From the IMG/VR virus record IMGVR_UViG_3300009181_007093: 64,000 nucleotides of DNA; one strand, given 5' to 3'. The stretch's first letter is position 1. Each line of letters opens with the position of its first letter. Shown in pieces: positions 7,785-17,572 of the stretch. The notes beneath the pieces were generated by a model that saw only the letters and a list, made by a program, of their open reading frames with translations, had not been told where the DNA came from and made no database searches. The translations under genes were made by a program, and so were the position numbers. The DNA is from a virus.

Positions 7785-10700
7785 TTTTTGTGTGCTCTTC
7801 TCTGCTTACAACTTCAATATCTTTTATTGGATCAGTGCCATAACAGCAATAGACCTTTTCATTACCATCTTTGTCTTGCGTTGACAAATAAACATCATTT
7901 CCCCAAATAGCTCTTAAAGCCACTAAAACGTCTGATACGTAAGGCTCGTATAAAGTTCGTCCATCAAACTGATGCTGCAACATCATGCCCCCTTTACCCC
8001 TATAATTGGGCTCTGTGAGCTTTATTTCTGGCTGACCTCCATTTAAGTGCCTTTTCATTAAAAGACTTTTTATTTTCTTATAATCTCTACTTTCTAAACG
8101 AAACTCACCATTAGGATAGTGAGTCCAATAAAAATATTCTTGTGTTCTGCAAAAATCTTCTGTGAAGAATTCATGTATAAATGTTAAATCATCATAATAC
8201 TTTCTTACCTCAAATATTTTCTCTTTTCCTAAATTAGTTTTAACATCCCAAGATTCTTTTTGATGAATATTAGTGCATTCGTCCCATTCAGAGCCAAATC
8301 TCCCTTTATCCCATCTATCACGAATATCGGATAATAAATAATACCCAAGTTTATAAGGATTCATAGAATACTTACCACCTAAAACGCCCATTTTATGCTC
8401 AGAATATTCTACAATTCCACAATCATGACTTTTTTGCCCAAGAGAAGCAAACCCCTGTTCTGCCATGATTACTGAGTCTGTTGTGCTATTATGATTTATG
8501 AATCCACAAGCTGAATACATATTGCTTGTTTCTACCGTAATATCATAAACTGTATCTTTTCCAATTTTTTCGACAGAAACAATTTTATTTTCAAGTTTTT
8601 GTTTCACAAACCATTTGTGACTAGAGATGTATTTCCTTAATTTGTCTTTTTTTCTTTGTAAACCAAATCCAATTTGTTCTTCGTATTTAACAGCTTCTGA
8701 GCCGGTCATCCGAATATGCCAACATGAATCCTTTTGTTTTCTTCTTGTAGAGAGAATCTTAAAATTCAAAAGCACATTCTGAATTTGTCTGGACATGCTT
8801 TCGCTTGATGTGGAGAGTATTACCCCTGCAGTCCCCGCATAACCATCGCAATCAAAATAAGATCGGATGAATGCCGCAACCACACTTTTTGGTGATTTCA
8901 ATATAATTTCTGGTATGTTTTTAAGTCTAGCACAAACCCCTGTTTTCATACCAAGATGAACAAGGAGTTCTTCCAAATCTTTAGAGTATACAGCAGCCCT
9001 ATATCTACCATTTTTTGATGATCCATCCCATTTTACCTTACATTCTAATCCAAATAGGGTACTCAGCAAAGTAGCGTAATGATCAATTTGCTCTTTATCT
9101 CCAGATGTTAAACCCATAGTTCTTTTAACTAAAGAAATATGACCATCACCAATCATGTATCCAATAAATGAAGCAAAGTCTTCATTCATATATTCAGGAA
9201 CACTAATAATGTTCCTCTTGTTTCTCATAAAAGTAGTTTTTTGATTGTCATATTCTTTAATCAAAGTTCCTAAAGAATCATTTTTTTCTTCACCTTTGTA
9301 TTGATATTTCCTATAAATCACTTTATATTTTGAAACAGATGCCATTTCGGCAAGTTCATTAAGTTCAATTCTTTTTTCTGGTACCTCGTACTTAACCTCT
9401 TGCAAGTCATTCTGCCAGATATCGGAAAAAGACAACTCCAATACCTGTCCAACGGACATTTCGTCCATACGAATCCAATCATACCTGCCCATAATACGAT
9501 GGTTATTAGATCCCTCAAAAACATATCCACGACGAGTTTCTATACGATACACATCTCGATTTTCAAAAGTGAACCAATTCGTAACTTTTCTTTCTTTCTC
9601 TCCATCGTAAATGGTGACTTGCATTCTATTTTCAACTATTTCTCCCAAAGTCAAAATACCAAAATTGCTACAAACAAGAGTGTCCTTTTTCCCGCAAGCC
9701 CATCCTTCGTTTAAGGTCTTAGTTTGTCTTTGTGGGAAAAAATACATTGCCTCGTCATAAAGCATAGAGATAATATCAGCTTGCCATGGTTTGAGCGGTG
9801 CGTTATCCCTTAAAAATCCCAAAATATTTTTTGTTGGCTCCTTAAAAATACCTATTTCTTCTTCAATGTCTTCTTGATGAATTTTTTCATTCTCTTTTTG
9901 GCGAAATTCTTGTGTGTTTATAAAAGGCTCCATATACATTCTTTCTTTATTGACTGTGAGCCTTCTTGGTTGTCTATAAACTCTTTCGTCTTGCACGATA
10001 ACATTCTTTGAAATTTTATCAGACCATGCTTCTGCTCCGTCAATTAAAGTTTCCAGTCTCATAACCCAATCAAGAAACTCTATGACTCTTTCTTTTCCCC
10101 AACGAGACATATAATTTCTAATTCTTGTGCCATGGTTTGCCATTTTATTAAGCATATTTGTATCTGTGGCACTAAAATGTATATTGTTCTTAAAAAAGTC
10201 ATTATGCCCTGTCGCATGTGCAATAACAGTCAAATGGTCCAAAAGAGTGTTGCTACTCAAGCAGTAAATATAACAAGGATTTGTATTGTGTGTGATCAAT
10301 CCATACGCAATAAAATCATGAGCATCATGATCCAGTGCAATATCAACGGTTTCGATCTCGTCTCCTTCGGTAACACTATCAACAACAAATAAAGGATTTG
10401 AAATAATATCTTTAATATAATTTGGAACAATTAATCCTTGTTCTTCTGCTCTCTGTACAAATGACGAACAAGAATTAATCCCGACATTTTTTTTCTCAAA
10501 CTTTTTAATAGAATAGCCAAGACTATGGTTTTTATATGTTGTGATACCAATATCTTTTGCCCACATAATCAATTGTCGTTGAATGTATGGTAACTCTATT
10601 CCAGAACCACGACAAAATTTTCTATCAAGTAGTTTTTTAAGTGATTCTTGCTTATATTCAAATACAAAACCTATTCTATTGTAAAATTTATTTTCAGCCC

Positions 10701-11904
10701 AAATTCCTTGAATTTTAACAACATTAATATATTTTTGATCACCTTTTTTGCCCTTACCATTTTTTAATGTTTTTAAATTAGAAAGAATTCCCATTTCCGA
10801 AAGCATAATCTGAACATCATCTGCTAATTTTTTATTGTAACAACTAAAACCAACATGGTTAGTTACATATCCATCAGTATCGAACAAACCACGAAGAAAA
10901 GCACATCTATAGGCAGGAGGAGACTTACAAATAATATCTGGAATTATTTTTTCTTTAAATGTTTTACCTTTCTTTAAACCAATCGAATCAACAAAATCAA
11001 CTGCGTTTTTTGAACATAATGTTACAGTGAAACAATTTGGCTTTTCGTAAATCTCTGCAACAACTCCAAATACCTTTTTAAATAAATCTACAACATGTTC
11101 TGCATATGTCCTGTGTTTTTTACCAACAGCAATGGTTAACATATTTTCAGCAGACTTTACTCCTATCGACCCATCTCCAACCAAAATTCCAAGAAGTTCC
11201 GCCAATTCTATCGTAATATGATTCGGTGGATAAATTTCTTTAATACAATGCCTAATGTTGGGACTTGTTGATTCAAAAACTTGTTCGGATGACCAATCAA
11301 TTCTTGGTGCATCCCAATTACTTTCATATGAATCAGTTCCTACAAAAATGTCACCAGGCACAACATCCGATGCCTTTTTCCAGATCAAACCATTATTAGA
11401 AAGAACACGCCATTTGTGATTTGGCGTACATACTAATGTTTGACCATACTTCAAACAAATTTTCTTAGTTTTAGAGGCATCTTGTCTTTTTATCCCAACA
11501 ACATTCCTAGTTTCATTTCCAACAATAACCTGATCGCCAGCCACTACATCTCCAGCTAGAACCGTACCCCGCTTAGTCAAAACCGGAGCATCAAGTTCAC
11601 AGCAATTGATTACCATTTCATATATTTTAAAAAGTCCGAACTCATACCCACGTTGTAACTCTTCGTATTCCATACCAAACGACCAGTGTGGAAAACGAAC
11701 AGGGAATCCATTATATGCTGCTATTTCGCTAATTTCGTCGTATGTTAGCAACTGAACTACTGTTGGATAAAAATCTAGACCCCAATCTTTACAAGACTGT
11801 AATATCTTTGGTGCTAGCTCTTTTAGCTCTTTAGAAAGCTGCACGCCTGGAACAGTATTATCTCCTAAAAGAATAGGAGATCCATGCAAAAATTTATTTG
11901 ACAT
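7777..11904 (-). CDS. spoVR: SpoVR/YcgB family protein with two inteins (about 532 aa after splicing)
   Basis: GFPVRFPHWSFG, YEMVIN|TNPC, AHATGHNDFFKNN, LNEGWA|S, NPYKLG. Confidence 0.93.
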   Translation of the reverse strand: MSNKFLHGSPILLGDNTVPGVQLSKELKELAPKILQSCKDWGLDFYPTVVQLLTYDEISEIAAYNGFPVRFPHWSFGMEYEELQRGYEFGLFKIYEMVINCCELDAPVLTKRGTVLAGDVVAGDQVIVGNETRNVVGIKRQDASKTKKICLKYGQTLVCTPNHKWRVLSNNGLIWKKASDVVPGDIFVGTDSYESNWDAPRIDWSSEQVFESTSPNIRHCIKEIYPPNHITIELAELLGILVGDGSIGVKSAENMLTIAVGKKHRTYAEHVVDLFKKVFGVVAEIYEKPNCFTVTLCSKNAVDFVDSIGLKKGKTFKEKIIPDIICKSPPAYRCAFLRGLFDTDGYVTNHVGFSCYNKKLADDVQIMLSEMGILSNLKTLKNGKGKKGDQKYINVVKIQGIWAENKFYNRIGFVFEYKQESLKKLLDRKFCRGSGIELPYIQRQLIMWAKDIGITTYKNHSLGYSIKKFEKKNVGINSCSSFVQRAEEQGLIVPNYIKDIISNPLFVVDSVTEGDEIETVDIALDHDAHDFIAYGLITHNTNPCYIYCLSSNTLLDHLTVIAHATGHNDFFKNNIHFSATDTNMLNKMANHGTRIRNYMSRWGKERVIEFLDWVMRLETLIDGAEAWSDKISKNVIVQDERVYRQPRRLTVNKERMYMEPFINTQEFRQKENEKIHQEDIEEEIGIFKEPTKNILGFLRDNAPLKPWQADIISMLYDEAMYFFPQRQTKTLNEGWACGKKDTLVCSNFGILTLGEIVENRMQVTIYDGEKERKVTNWFTFENRDVYRIETRRGYVFEGSNNHRIMGRYDWIRMDEMSVGQVLELSFSDIWQNDLQEVKYEVPEKRIELNELAEMASVSKYKVIYRKYQYKGEEKNDSLGTLIKEYDNQKTTFMRNKRNIISVPEYMNEDFASFIGYMIGDGHISLVKRTMGLTSGDKEQIDHYATLLSTLFGLECKVKWDGSSKNGRYRAAVYSKDLEELLVHLGMKTGVCARLKNIPEIILKSPKSVVAAFIRSYFDCDGYAGTAGVILSTSSESMSRQIQNVLLNFKILSTRRKQKDSCWHIRMTGSEAVKYEEQIGFGLQRKKDKLRKYISSHKWFVKQKLENKIVSVEKIGKDTVYDITVETSNMYSACGFINHNSTTDSVIMAEQGFASLGQKSHDCGIVEYSEHKMGVLGGKYSMNPYKLGYYLLSDIRDRWDKGRFGSEWDECTNIHQKESWDVKTNLGKEKIFEVRKYYDDLTFIHEFFTEDFCRTQEYFYWTHYPNGEFRLESRDYKKIKSLLMKRHLNGGQPEIKLTEPNYRGKGGMMLQHQFDGRTLYEPYVSDVLVALRAIWGNDVYLSTQDKDGNEKVYCCYGTDPIKDIEVVSREEHTKNG
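8488..9696 (-). mobile_element. SpoVR intein 2 (403 aa, LAGLIDADG)
   Basis: CGKKDTLV...FINHN|S; FIGYMIGDG and FIRSYFDCDG. Confidence 0.92.
10285..11604 (-). mobile_element. SpoVR intein 1 (440 aa, LAGLIDADG)
   Basis: CCELDAPV...LITHN|T; LLGILVGDG and FLRGLFDTDG. Confidence 0.92.
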
Positions 11905-12445
11905 TAGTTTTTCTCAATGGGTATTTTGCTACAAAAAAGTTCATTTCTTTTTTTAACGTTTTACTATTTTTGGTGGATAGCCTAAAACCAGATTTCATCA
12001 ACTTTTGTGAAATTGTAGGATTGTCCAAACGTGCACCAGTTTCTATTATGCGTAGCACTTCTTTGATTTCTCTTATAGGCATATTAATCTTTTTTGCAGC
12101 TTTAATCAAGCAAGAACATGCACGAATAGCTTTATTAATTCTTTCTTCACATTTCATAAAAAAAGGTTCAAGTGAATTTGGATGATGAATATACAGATCT
12201 TCTATTTTCATTCCTTTTGTATTTTTCTTGCCTTTAGCAAACAACCAATATCTTTGTCTCCATTTATTGATTTTTTTAACATGTACTTGCCTAGCTGTTG
12301 ATATGCCTTTGTATGGAGAAGTAAGCGTTTTAACTTCAAACATATTGCCTTTTTTATCTTCTGCGTCGTGTAAATATCTGCTGTCAACCTTAGTAAGTTG
12401 ACATAATTTAATTATTTGTTTTTCTCTTGAATCATCTTGAGTCAT
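11894..12445 (-). CDS. Putative PD-(D/E)XK (restriction-endonuclease fold) nuclease
   Basis: HDA...FEVKT motif; basic protein. Confidence 0.5.
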   Translation of the reverse strand: MTQDDSREKQIIKLCQLTKVDSRYLHDAEDKKGNMFEVKTLTSPYKGISTARQVHVKKINKWRQRYWLFAKGKKNTKGMKIEDLYIHHPNSLEPFFMKCEERINKAIRACSCLIKAAKKINMPIREIKEVLRIIETGARLDNPTISQKLMKSGFRLSTKNSKTLKKEMNFFVAKYPLRKTNVK

Positions 12446-12475
12446 AGCTAAAATTTTTTTGTAATTATATTATTT

Positions 12476-13687
12476 TTAAGGATAAGAAGCATCTTCTTCG
12501 TTATTCCCTAAAAGCGATTTTATTGCATTCATTATTTGTTTATTTCTTTCTTCTTCACTTAGTGCAGAAGAATTCCAATAACCAGCCGTAGAACCTTCTC
12601 CAATAGAAACAGTTCTCACATAATCACGCTCTAGTTTTCCTTGTCTTATTGCTTGATCCACATCATGCTTAACGCTTCCGGTTGTAACAGAAGAAAGTAT
12701 TTGAGTAATACCTGTAAAATTAACAACATTTGGTCCAAAGTCTGATTCTAAAGTTGAAATAAAAACTTGGTTATCATCAGTCCAGTTTTCACCGTCTGTA
12801 AAATAAAAAACATAGATATTCCATTTGTTTGTAGGATACCTATTTTCAAATTGTTTAGAAATAAACTTTAAAGCACTGCTACAGGTTGTTCCGCCGCCAA
12901 ATCTATATTTATAAAATTTATCTTCATCTACTTCCATGGCACTAGAATCATGCCAAACGTATAATCGATCCACTCGATCATAAAACCTTCTTATCCACGT
13001 ATCTATCCACCAACTCATATCAGAAACAATATCGCATTTCGTAGCGTCCATAGAACCAGATCCATCTCTTGCAAAAACAATAAGAGCATTGCTTGATGGT
13101 ATTTTTATTTCATTAAACTGTCTGTACCTTTTATCTTCATTTATTGGCTTAAGAATTCTTACAGGATCTTTTAGTCCTGGAACGTAAGAAAGATCGCTCA
13201 ACGTTCCTTCTACAGCTTGTCTCTTTAATGTTTGCATTAGAGTGCGTCTGTTGTGCCGCAGTGACTCTGGACCAATTAAAGAGATATTGTTATATTTTAT
13301 TTTTATTTCATCATAAGTTTCATTTGTTTTTTTCTTTAAATTTGGAAGCTTTAGTTCTTCCTGCATAAATTTAAGAACATCTTCTAGATCTAGGCTAATG
13401 GTAATTCCCTCGGATTCACCTTGCCCAGCAGACCCTTTGCCTTTCTTGGGTTCGTCTTTTCCGATCACATCCCCATCTTTACCTTCTCCTCTTCCAACGC
13501 CGTCGTCGCCCGATCCGTAAACAATATGGGGAATATCTATTTTTGGAATTGTGATAGATATTTTTCCGTTTTTACCACGGTTACGAACAATCTGTCCGCT
13601 TTTTATAAACTTTTTAAGGGCTTTTCTTATCTTGCCCCCTACAACGTCTCGGAAGTCTTTCCAATCTTCTTCAATTCTTCTAGGCAA
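12476..13687 (-). CDS. yeaH: YeaH/YhbH (DUF444) vWA-domain protein
   Basis: Gly-rich GVGRGEGKDGDVIG; MIDAS DGSGS, GGTTCSS, TDGEN; TTG start with AAGGTG SD. Confidence 0.92.
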   Translation of the reverse strand: MPRRIEEDWKDFRDVVGGKIRKALKKFIKSGQIVRNRGKNGKISITIPKIDIPHIVYGSGDDGVGRGEGKDGDVIGKDEPKKGKGSAGQGESEGITISLDLEDVLKFMQEELKLPNLKKKTNETYDEIKIKYNNISLIGPESLRHNRRTLMQTLKRQAVEGTLSDLSYVPGLKDPVRILKPINEDKRYRQFNEIKIPSSNALIVFARDGSGSMDATKCDIVSDMSWWIDTWIRRFYDRVDRLYVWHDSSAMEVDEDKFYKYRFGGGTTCSSALKFISKQFENRYPTNKWNIYVFYFTDGENWTDDNQVFISTLESDFGPNVVNFTGITQILSSVTTGSVKHDVDQAIRQGKLERDYVRTVSIGEGSTAGYWNSSALSEEERNKQIMNAIKSLLGNNEEDASYP

Positions 13688-13716
13688 GGTTCACCTTTTT
13701 AAATTTAAATTATCAA

Positions 13717-13947
13717 TTAATCTAAACAAACCAATTCAAAAATAAACTTATTATCATCTATTTCGCAAACAAAATCGGAAAGATTAAGGTGCATAAGAAA
13801 ATCTTTTTCTTGTTTGGTTAATCTTTTAAAAAAGTCACCAAAAGTTCCATCTTCACTCCATACCTCTAGACCAGCATCATCAATTTTATTGACGATTCTC
13901 TTTTTTTTCGCAGTACCCAACCAATGGTTTTTCATTTTAATTTTCAT
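13717..13947 (-). CDS. Small hypothetical protein
   Basis: ORF; likely start MKIKMKNHW after the hairpin. Confidence 0.6.
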   Translation of the reverse strand: MKIKMKNHWLGTAKKKRIVNKIDDAGLEVWSEDGTFGDFFKRLTKQEKDFLMHLNLSDFVCEIDDNKFIFELVCLD

Positions 13948-13950
13948 TTT

Positions 13951-14021
13951 CCAGTAGGGGCAGAGCCCCAAAAAAGGTGAACTTACACACCTTGCCCACA
14001 GAATAACTCTGCCCCTACCAA
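13951..14021 (-). promoter_or_regulatory. Structured RNA element after prkA with an anti-SD for yeaH
   Basis: 12-bp perfect stem 13954-13965/14007-14018 enclosing sequence complementary to 13683-13700. Confidence 0.6.
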
Positions 14022-16109
14022 TTAATTTTCTTCCTCAGCTAAATCTCCACGAGCAAATATACTACCAACAAAGTCCAAAACATCGGTAGCAGACCTTTCG
14101 TTGTATCCATACTGTTTGATCAGTCTGGTTTTGATAGCATCTATTTTTTCTTGAATATCTTTATCTACAACAGTTGCTCCACTCACATTAAGAGCGGATA
14201 GCTTTATGGTGTCCTTAACATCTTCAAAAAGTTTTGCTTCTAAAGCTTTTCTTAATTTTGGGTTTGAATCCCATCTAAATTGCTTTTGTTTGTGTGCTAA
14301 ATCACCAATAAATGCAGCCATCTGGCGACGAAAATCTTCTGCACCTGTTTCGGGTATTTGAATCTTTTCCTCAATCTGACGCATTAATCTCTCGTCAGGT
14401 TTTCTGTCCTGACCTGTTATTGGGTCTTTGATCCTAGACTTATTAATATAAGCCATCACGTTGTCAATATAATTGGTGCACAATCTGATAATTGCATCTT
14501 CGTCACCAACAAGTGCTTTTTGAACCTCAGCCTTAAGAATTTCTGTTAACTTCTTCAGTGCTAAATCCACGCAAGTAATGTATCTACCGACTTGTTCTTT
14601 ATTCGTTAGAAGAGAAGAATTTTCCAATCCATCTCTTAGCTCATTTAGAACCATAAACATATTCACATATTCATGATTGTTTGCTAAACAATTAGATATT
14701 TTGTCTTGTAAGTATCTCACACTAACTCCGCCCGCCATTCCTTCATCTGGATACTTGTCTTTCATTTCTTTAACAGCATCTTCTGTCCATCCCGGCAGAA
14801 GCCGTCCATCATAAAGCTCGGCTTTTTCTATTAAAGAAAGCTTCCCATCTTTATCATCTAGCATTCGAGTAAGTACAGAAAAAAGAGCAGCTATTTCTAG
14901 TGTATGAGGTGCTATATGTTGCTTTACCTTATTTGGACCATAGTCCTTCTCTAGTATCTTCACTTCTTCCGACCACTTTAAAGTGTATGGAACATCAATT
15001 TTTGTTGTTCGATCACGGAATGCTTCCATATACTGATTGCTCTTTAGCTTCTGAAATTCTGGATCATTTGTATGGCTAAAAATTGCTTCATCGATACTAA
15101 CCTGTGCGAATTTCTTTGGCTTAATACTTTGTTCTTGACTCGCTCCTAAAAGGTCATACAAGAATGCTGTGTCTAACTTCAATACTTCTATAAATTCTAT
15201 TAGCCCTCGATTACCAGCCATAAATTCGCCATCAAAAGAAAATGCTCGAGGATCTGAGTCAGAACCAAAGTTGCCAATTTGCCTAAAATTAATATCTCCT
15301 GTTAGCTCAGTGCTGTCCTGATTCTTTTCATCCTTTGGTTGGAATGTTGCAATTCCACAGCGATCAGCCTCGCTATAAACTTTTCTAATTACACGAATAT
15401 GATTAACTAAAACTTTTTCTAGATCTCCTTCATACTTTTTAAGCAATGATCCCATGAACTTTTTGCATAAAGGATCTAATTCATCATTACACTTTAAAGT
15501 ATAAGAATCAGTTCTTCTGTTTTCTGGTAGCGTTTCCTCAAATATTCTGTTTAACTCTGCCATAAAAACTTTTCTAATTTCTAACGGCAAAAGCTTTAAT
15601 GGTTGTTCATGCATAGGACATGCACATTCTGTGTCGGTGTAAATACCATCAGGTCCTGTTGGCAAATTAACCCACTTGAATGAATACCAAGCTCCATCAT
15701 CGGTTTGCGAGAATCGCTCAAGACCCCTTTTAAGAAGTCGGCAGATTGTGGACTTGGAGCTTCCAACAGGACCGTGTAGAAGCAAAATACGACGCTCAGC
15801 ACCGTATCCTCCAGCAGCTCCTTTTATAAACTTTACAAGTGCATCTTTCATCGGAATCAAACCAACAATTGGTAGTTCCGCATCATCAAAAAAATTATAA
15901 TGTACATAAGTTTTTCTGTATTCTTCAACAGTAGAACTTCCTTTTTCCATTATCATTTCATAAATGTTTTGCCAAGAATTTCTAGCAAGATATGGCTTTT
16001 GTTTTACTAGTTCCAGATATTCAATAAAACTCATTTCTGAGTTTAAAGATTTAAACACATCTTTGTTAAAAATACTTAGTAGTTTTTCTAAGGTGTTTTG
16101 TTCAGTCAT
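14022..16109 (-). CDS. prkA: PrkA/YeaG AAA+ ATPase (annotated serine kinase family)
   Basis: LLLHGPVGSSKS, FQPKDEKNQDSTEL, NRGLIEFIEVLK, EAFRDR, HIAPHTLE; likely start MTEQN. Confidence 0.95.
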   Translation of the reverse strand: MTEQNTLEKLLSIFNKDVFKSLNSEMSFIEYLELVKQKPYLARNSWQNIYEMIMEKGSSTVEEYRKTYVHYNFFDDAELPIVGLIPMKDALVKFIKGAAGGYGAERRILLLHGPVGSSKSTICRLLKRGLERFSQTDDGAWYSFKWVNLPTGPDGIYTDTECACPMHEQPLKLLPLEIRKVFMAELNRIFEETLPENRRTDSYTLKCNDELDPLCKKFMGSLLKKYEGDLEKVLVNHIRVIRKVYSEADRCGIATFQPKDEKNQDSTELTGDINFRQIGNFGSDSDPRAFSFDGEFMAGNRGLIEFIEVLKLDTAFLYDLLGASQEQSIKPKKFAQVSIDEAIFSHTNDPEFQKLKSNQYMEAFRDRTTKIDVPYTLKWSEEVKILEKDYGPNKVKQHIAPHTLEIAALFSVLTRMLDDKDGKLSLIEKAELYDGRLLPGWTEDAVKEMKDKYPDEGMAGGVSVRYLQDKISNCLANNHEYVNMFMVLNELRDGLENSSLLTNKEQVGRYITCVDLALKKLTEILKAEVQKALVGDEDAIIRLCTNYIDNVMAYINKSRIKDPITGQDRKPDERLMRQIEEKIQIPETGAEDFRRQMAAFIGDLAHKQKQFRWDSNPKLRKALEAKLFEDVKDTIKLSALNVSGATVVDKDIQEKIDAIKTRLIKQYGYNERSATDVLDFVGSIFARGDLAEEEN

Positions 16110-16230
16110 GATATTTTTCCCATTTTGAATTAGTACTAAAATTTCTGGTGTGATAAACGCATCATACAAAAACAAATTGACTCGATCAAGCCACGAAATT
16201 AATATAGTGAACTACTAACAATTTTAGAAT

Positions 16231-16566
16231 TTAGTTTGTCCAAGAACTATTTTTATTAATATCATTTATTTTATTATAAGGATCTTTTGTTTTTTGTGCG
16301 ATTTCTGCGGACTTCCTTTGTTTTATCACGGAAGGAAGATTATGTTTGAATCTATAATCATGTCCACCAGATTCACTTGTCCAGCGACCTGTACCTTCAG
16401 GATTAGTAAATTGAAATCCTGAAGAAGATACTAATTTGCATTTTTTATGTGACCCACAATGTGGGCATTCAACCTTAGGATATTTATCCTTTTCATTTAA
16501 GGAAACTAGTTCCTCATATGTTTTATTGCATTTTTTGTTTTTACATTGAAATTCATATAGAGGAAT
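16231..16566 (-). CDS. FmdB-family zinc-ribbon protein with an apparent ATT start (missing from the ORF track)
   Basis: (M)PLYEFQCKNKKCNKTYEE...VECPHCGS; in-frame TAA just upstream with no ATG/GTG/TTG between. Confidence 0.8.
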   Translation of the reverse strand: MPLYEFQCKNKKCNKTYEELVSLNEKDKYPKVECPHCGSHKKCKLVSSSGFQFTNPEGTGRWTSESGGHDYRFKHNLPSVIKQRKSAEIAQKTKDPYNKINDINKNSSWTN

Positions 16567-16624
16567 AATACACCTGCCTTTTTAAGAAATATTGTGCGAA
16601 AACAAAAAACTTGTTTCCAAAACC

Positions 16625-16936
16625 TTATTCTTCTTTTTCAAACTTAATTAATTCTTTTAATTTGTTAAAAGTCTTATCGATATAATCTAATCTAGTATGA
16701 ACTGTATGAAATTTCCACCAAAAAGAATTTTTTAATATTTGAATAGATTCTCTAAGTAGAATATGATTTTTTCTTTGCTCCATATGTTCAAGCTTAGCTT
16801 CAAATAAAGTTAATTCTTGTTCTAAAATATCTCTATATTCATCAGGAGTAATAGTGTTTTCTGATTCTGGCGGTTCATGATCATAAAAATTACCTTCGGA
16901 ACCTGAATCCTCCTCATCAAAATTAAATCTTTTCAT
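16625..16936 (-). CDS. Hypothetical protein
   Basis: ORF with ATGA overlap to the upstream gene. Confidence 0.7.
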   Translation of the reverse strand: MKRFNFDEEDSGSEGNFYDHEPPESENTITPDEYRDILEQELTLFEAKLEHMEQRKNHILLRESIQILKNSFWWKFHTVHTRLDYIDKTFNKLKELIKFEKEE

Positions 16937-17514
16937 AATTTTCCTGTCGATATTGTTTGAAACAAACTAATACTTTCTTTCCAAATATCCGCCATCCGTA
17001 CTTCATTAGAATTCATTCCATTGTGAAAAAAACGTTTTGAAAAAGATGACACAAGTGGACAATTCATATTATCTATCCACTCGGATGTAACAAAATTACC
17101 AAAACCATTTAAATAAGAAGAAAAAACACACATTGTATCTTCTTTAGCTTCGCATAAAAAATTAGTTTGAACTAAAAAATGTCTATCATTTAATATATTC
17201 TGATCTTGTTTCGCCTCTTCAAAGTCTCTTATTGCTATAACTTCTGGCGATGTAATTAACAAAGGCACATCTTTAATGCCTGATAAGTTGCCAATATCAT
17301 ATTCCCCATTATACATTTTAAAAGGAACATTAAACTTTTTTGTCCAAAGAAATAAACTTCCTGTTACGTTTCTTCTTCTGCATAATACAAAAACCTTAGC
17401 TTCTGGAAGGTTTTTAAAAATAGAGTAATAACATAAATATGACATCCAATTGTGACCAAAACTATGGTCACAAGATATTAATATATTTAATCCTTTGCCT
17501 AAACTAGAAATCAT
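16933..17514 (-). CDS. Hypothetical protein
   Basis: 193-aa ORF. Confidence 0.7.
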   Translation of the reverse strand: MISSLGKGLNILISCDHSFGHNWMSYLCYYSIFKNLPEAKVFVLCRRRNVTGSLFLWTKKFNVPFKMYNGEYDIGNLSGIKDVPLLITSPEVIAIRDFEEAKQDQNILNDRHFLVQTNFLCEAKEDTMCVFSSYLNGFGNFVTSEWIDNMNCPLVSSFSKRFFHNGMNSNEVRMADIWKESISLFQTISTGKL

Positions 17515-17572
17515 ACTATAAACTAGTTAAGAACTGCGAAATGTTGCATCCTATCCATTTCACACTGTGAAA

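Noticed and set aside
7777-16109. Bacterial chromosome origin of the window
   Set aside because: Surrounding gp32, UvsX, UvsW, gp1-like and CTS-bearing genes plus many homing endonucleases indicate a large phage
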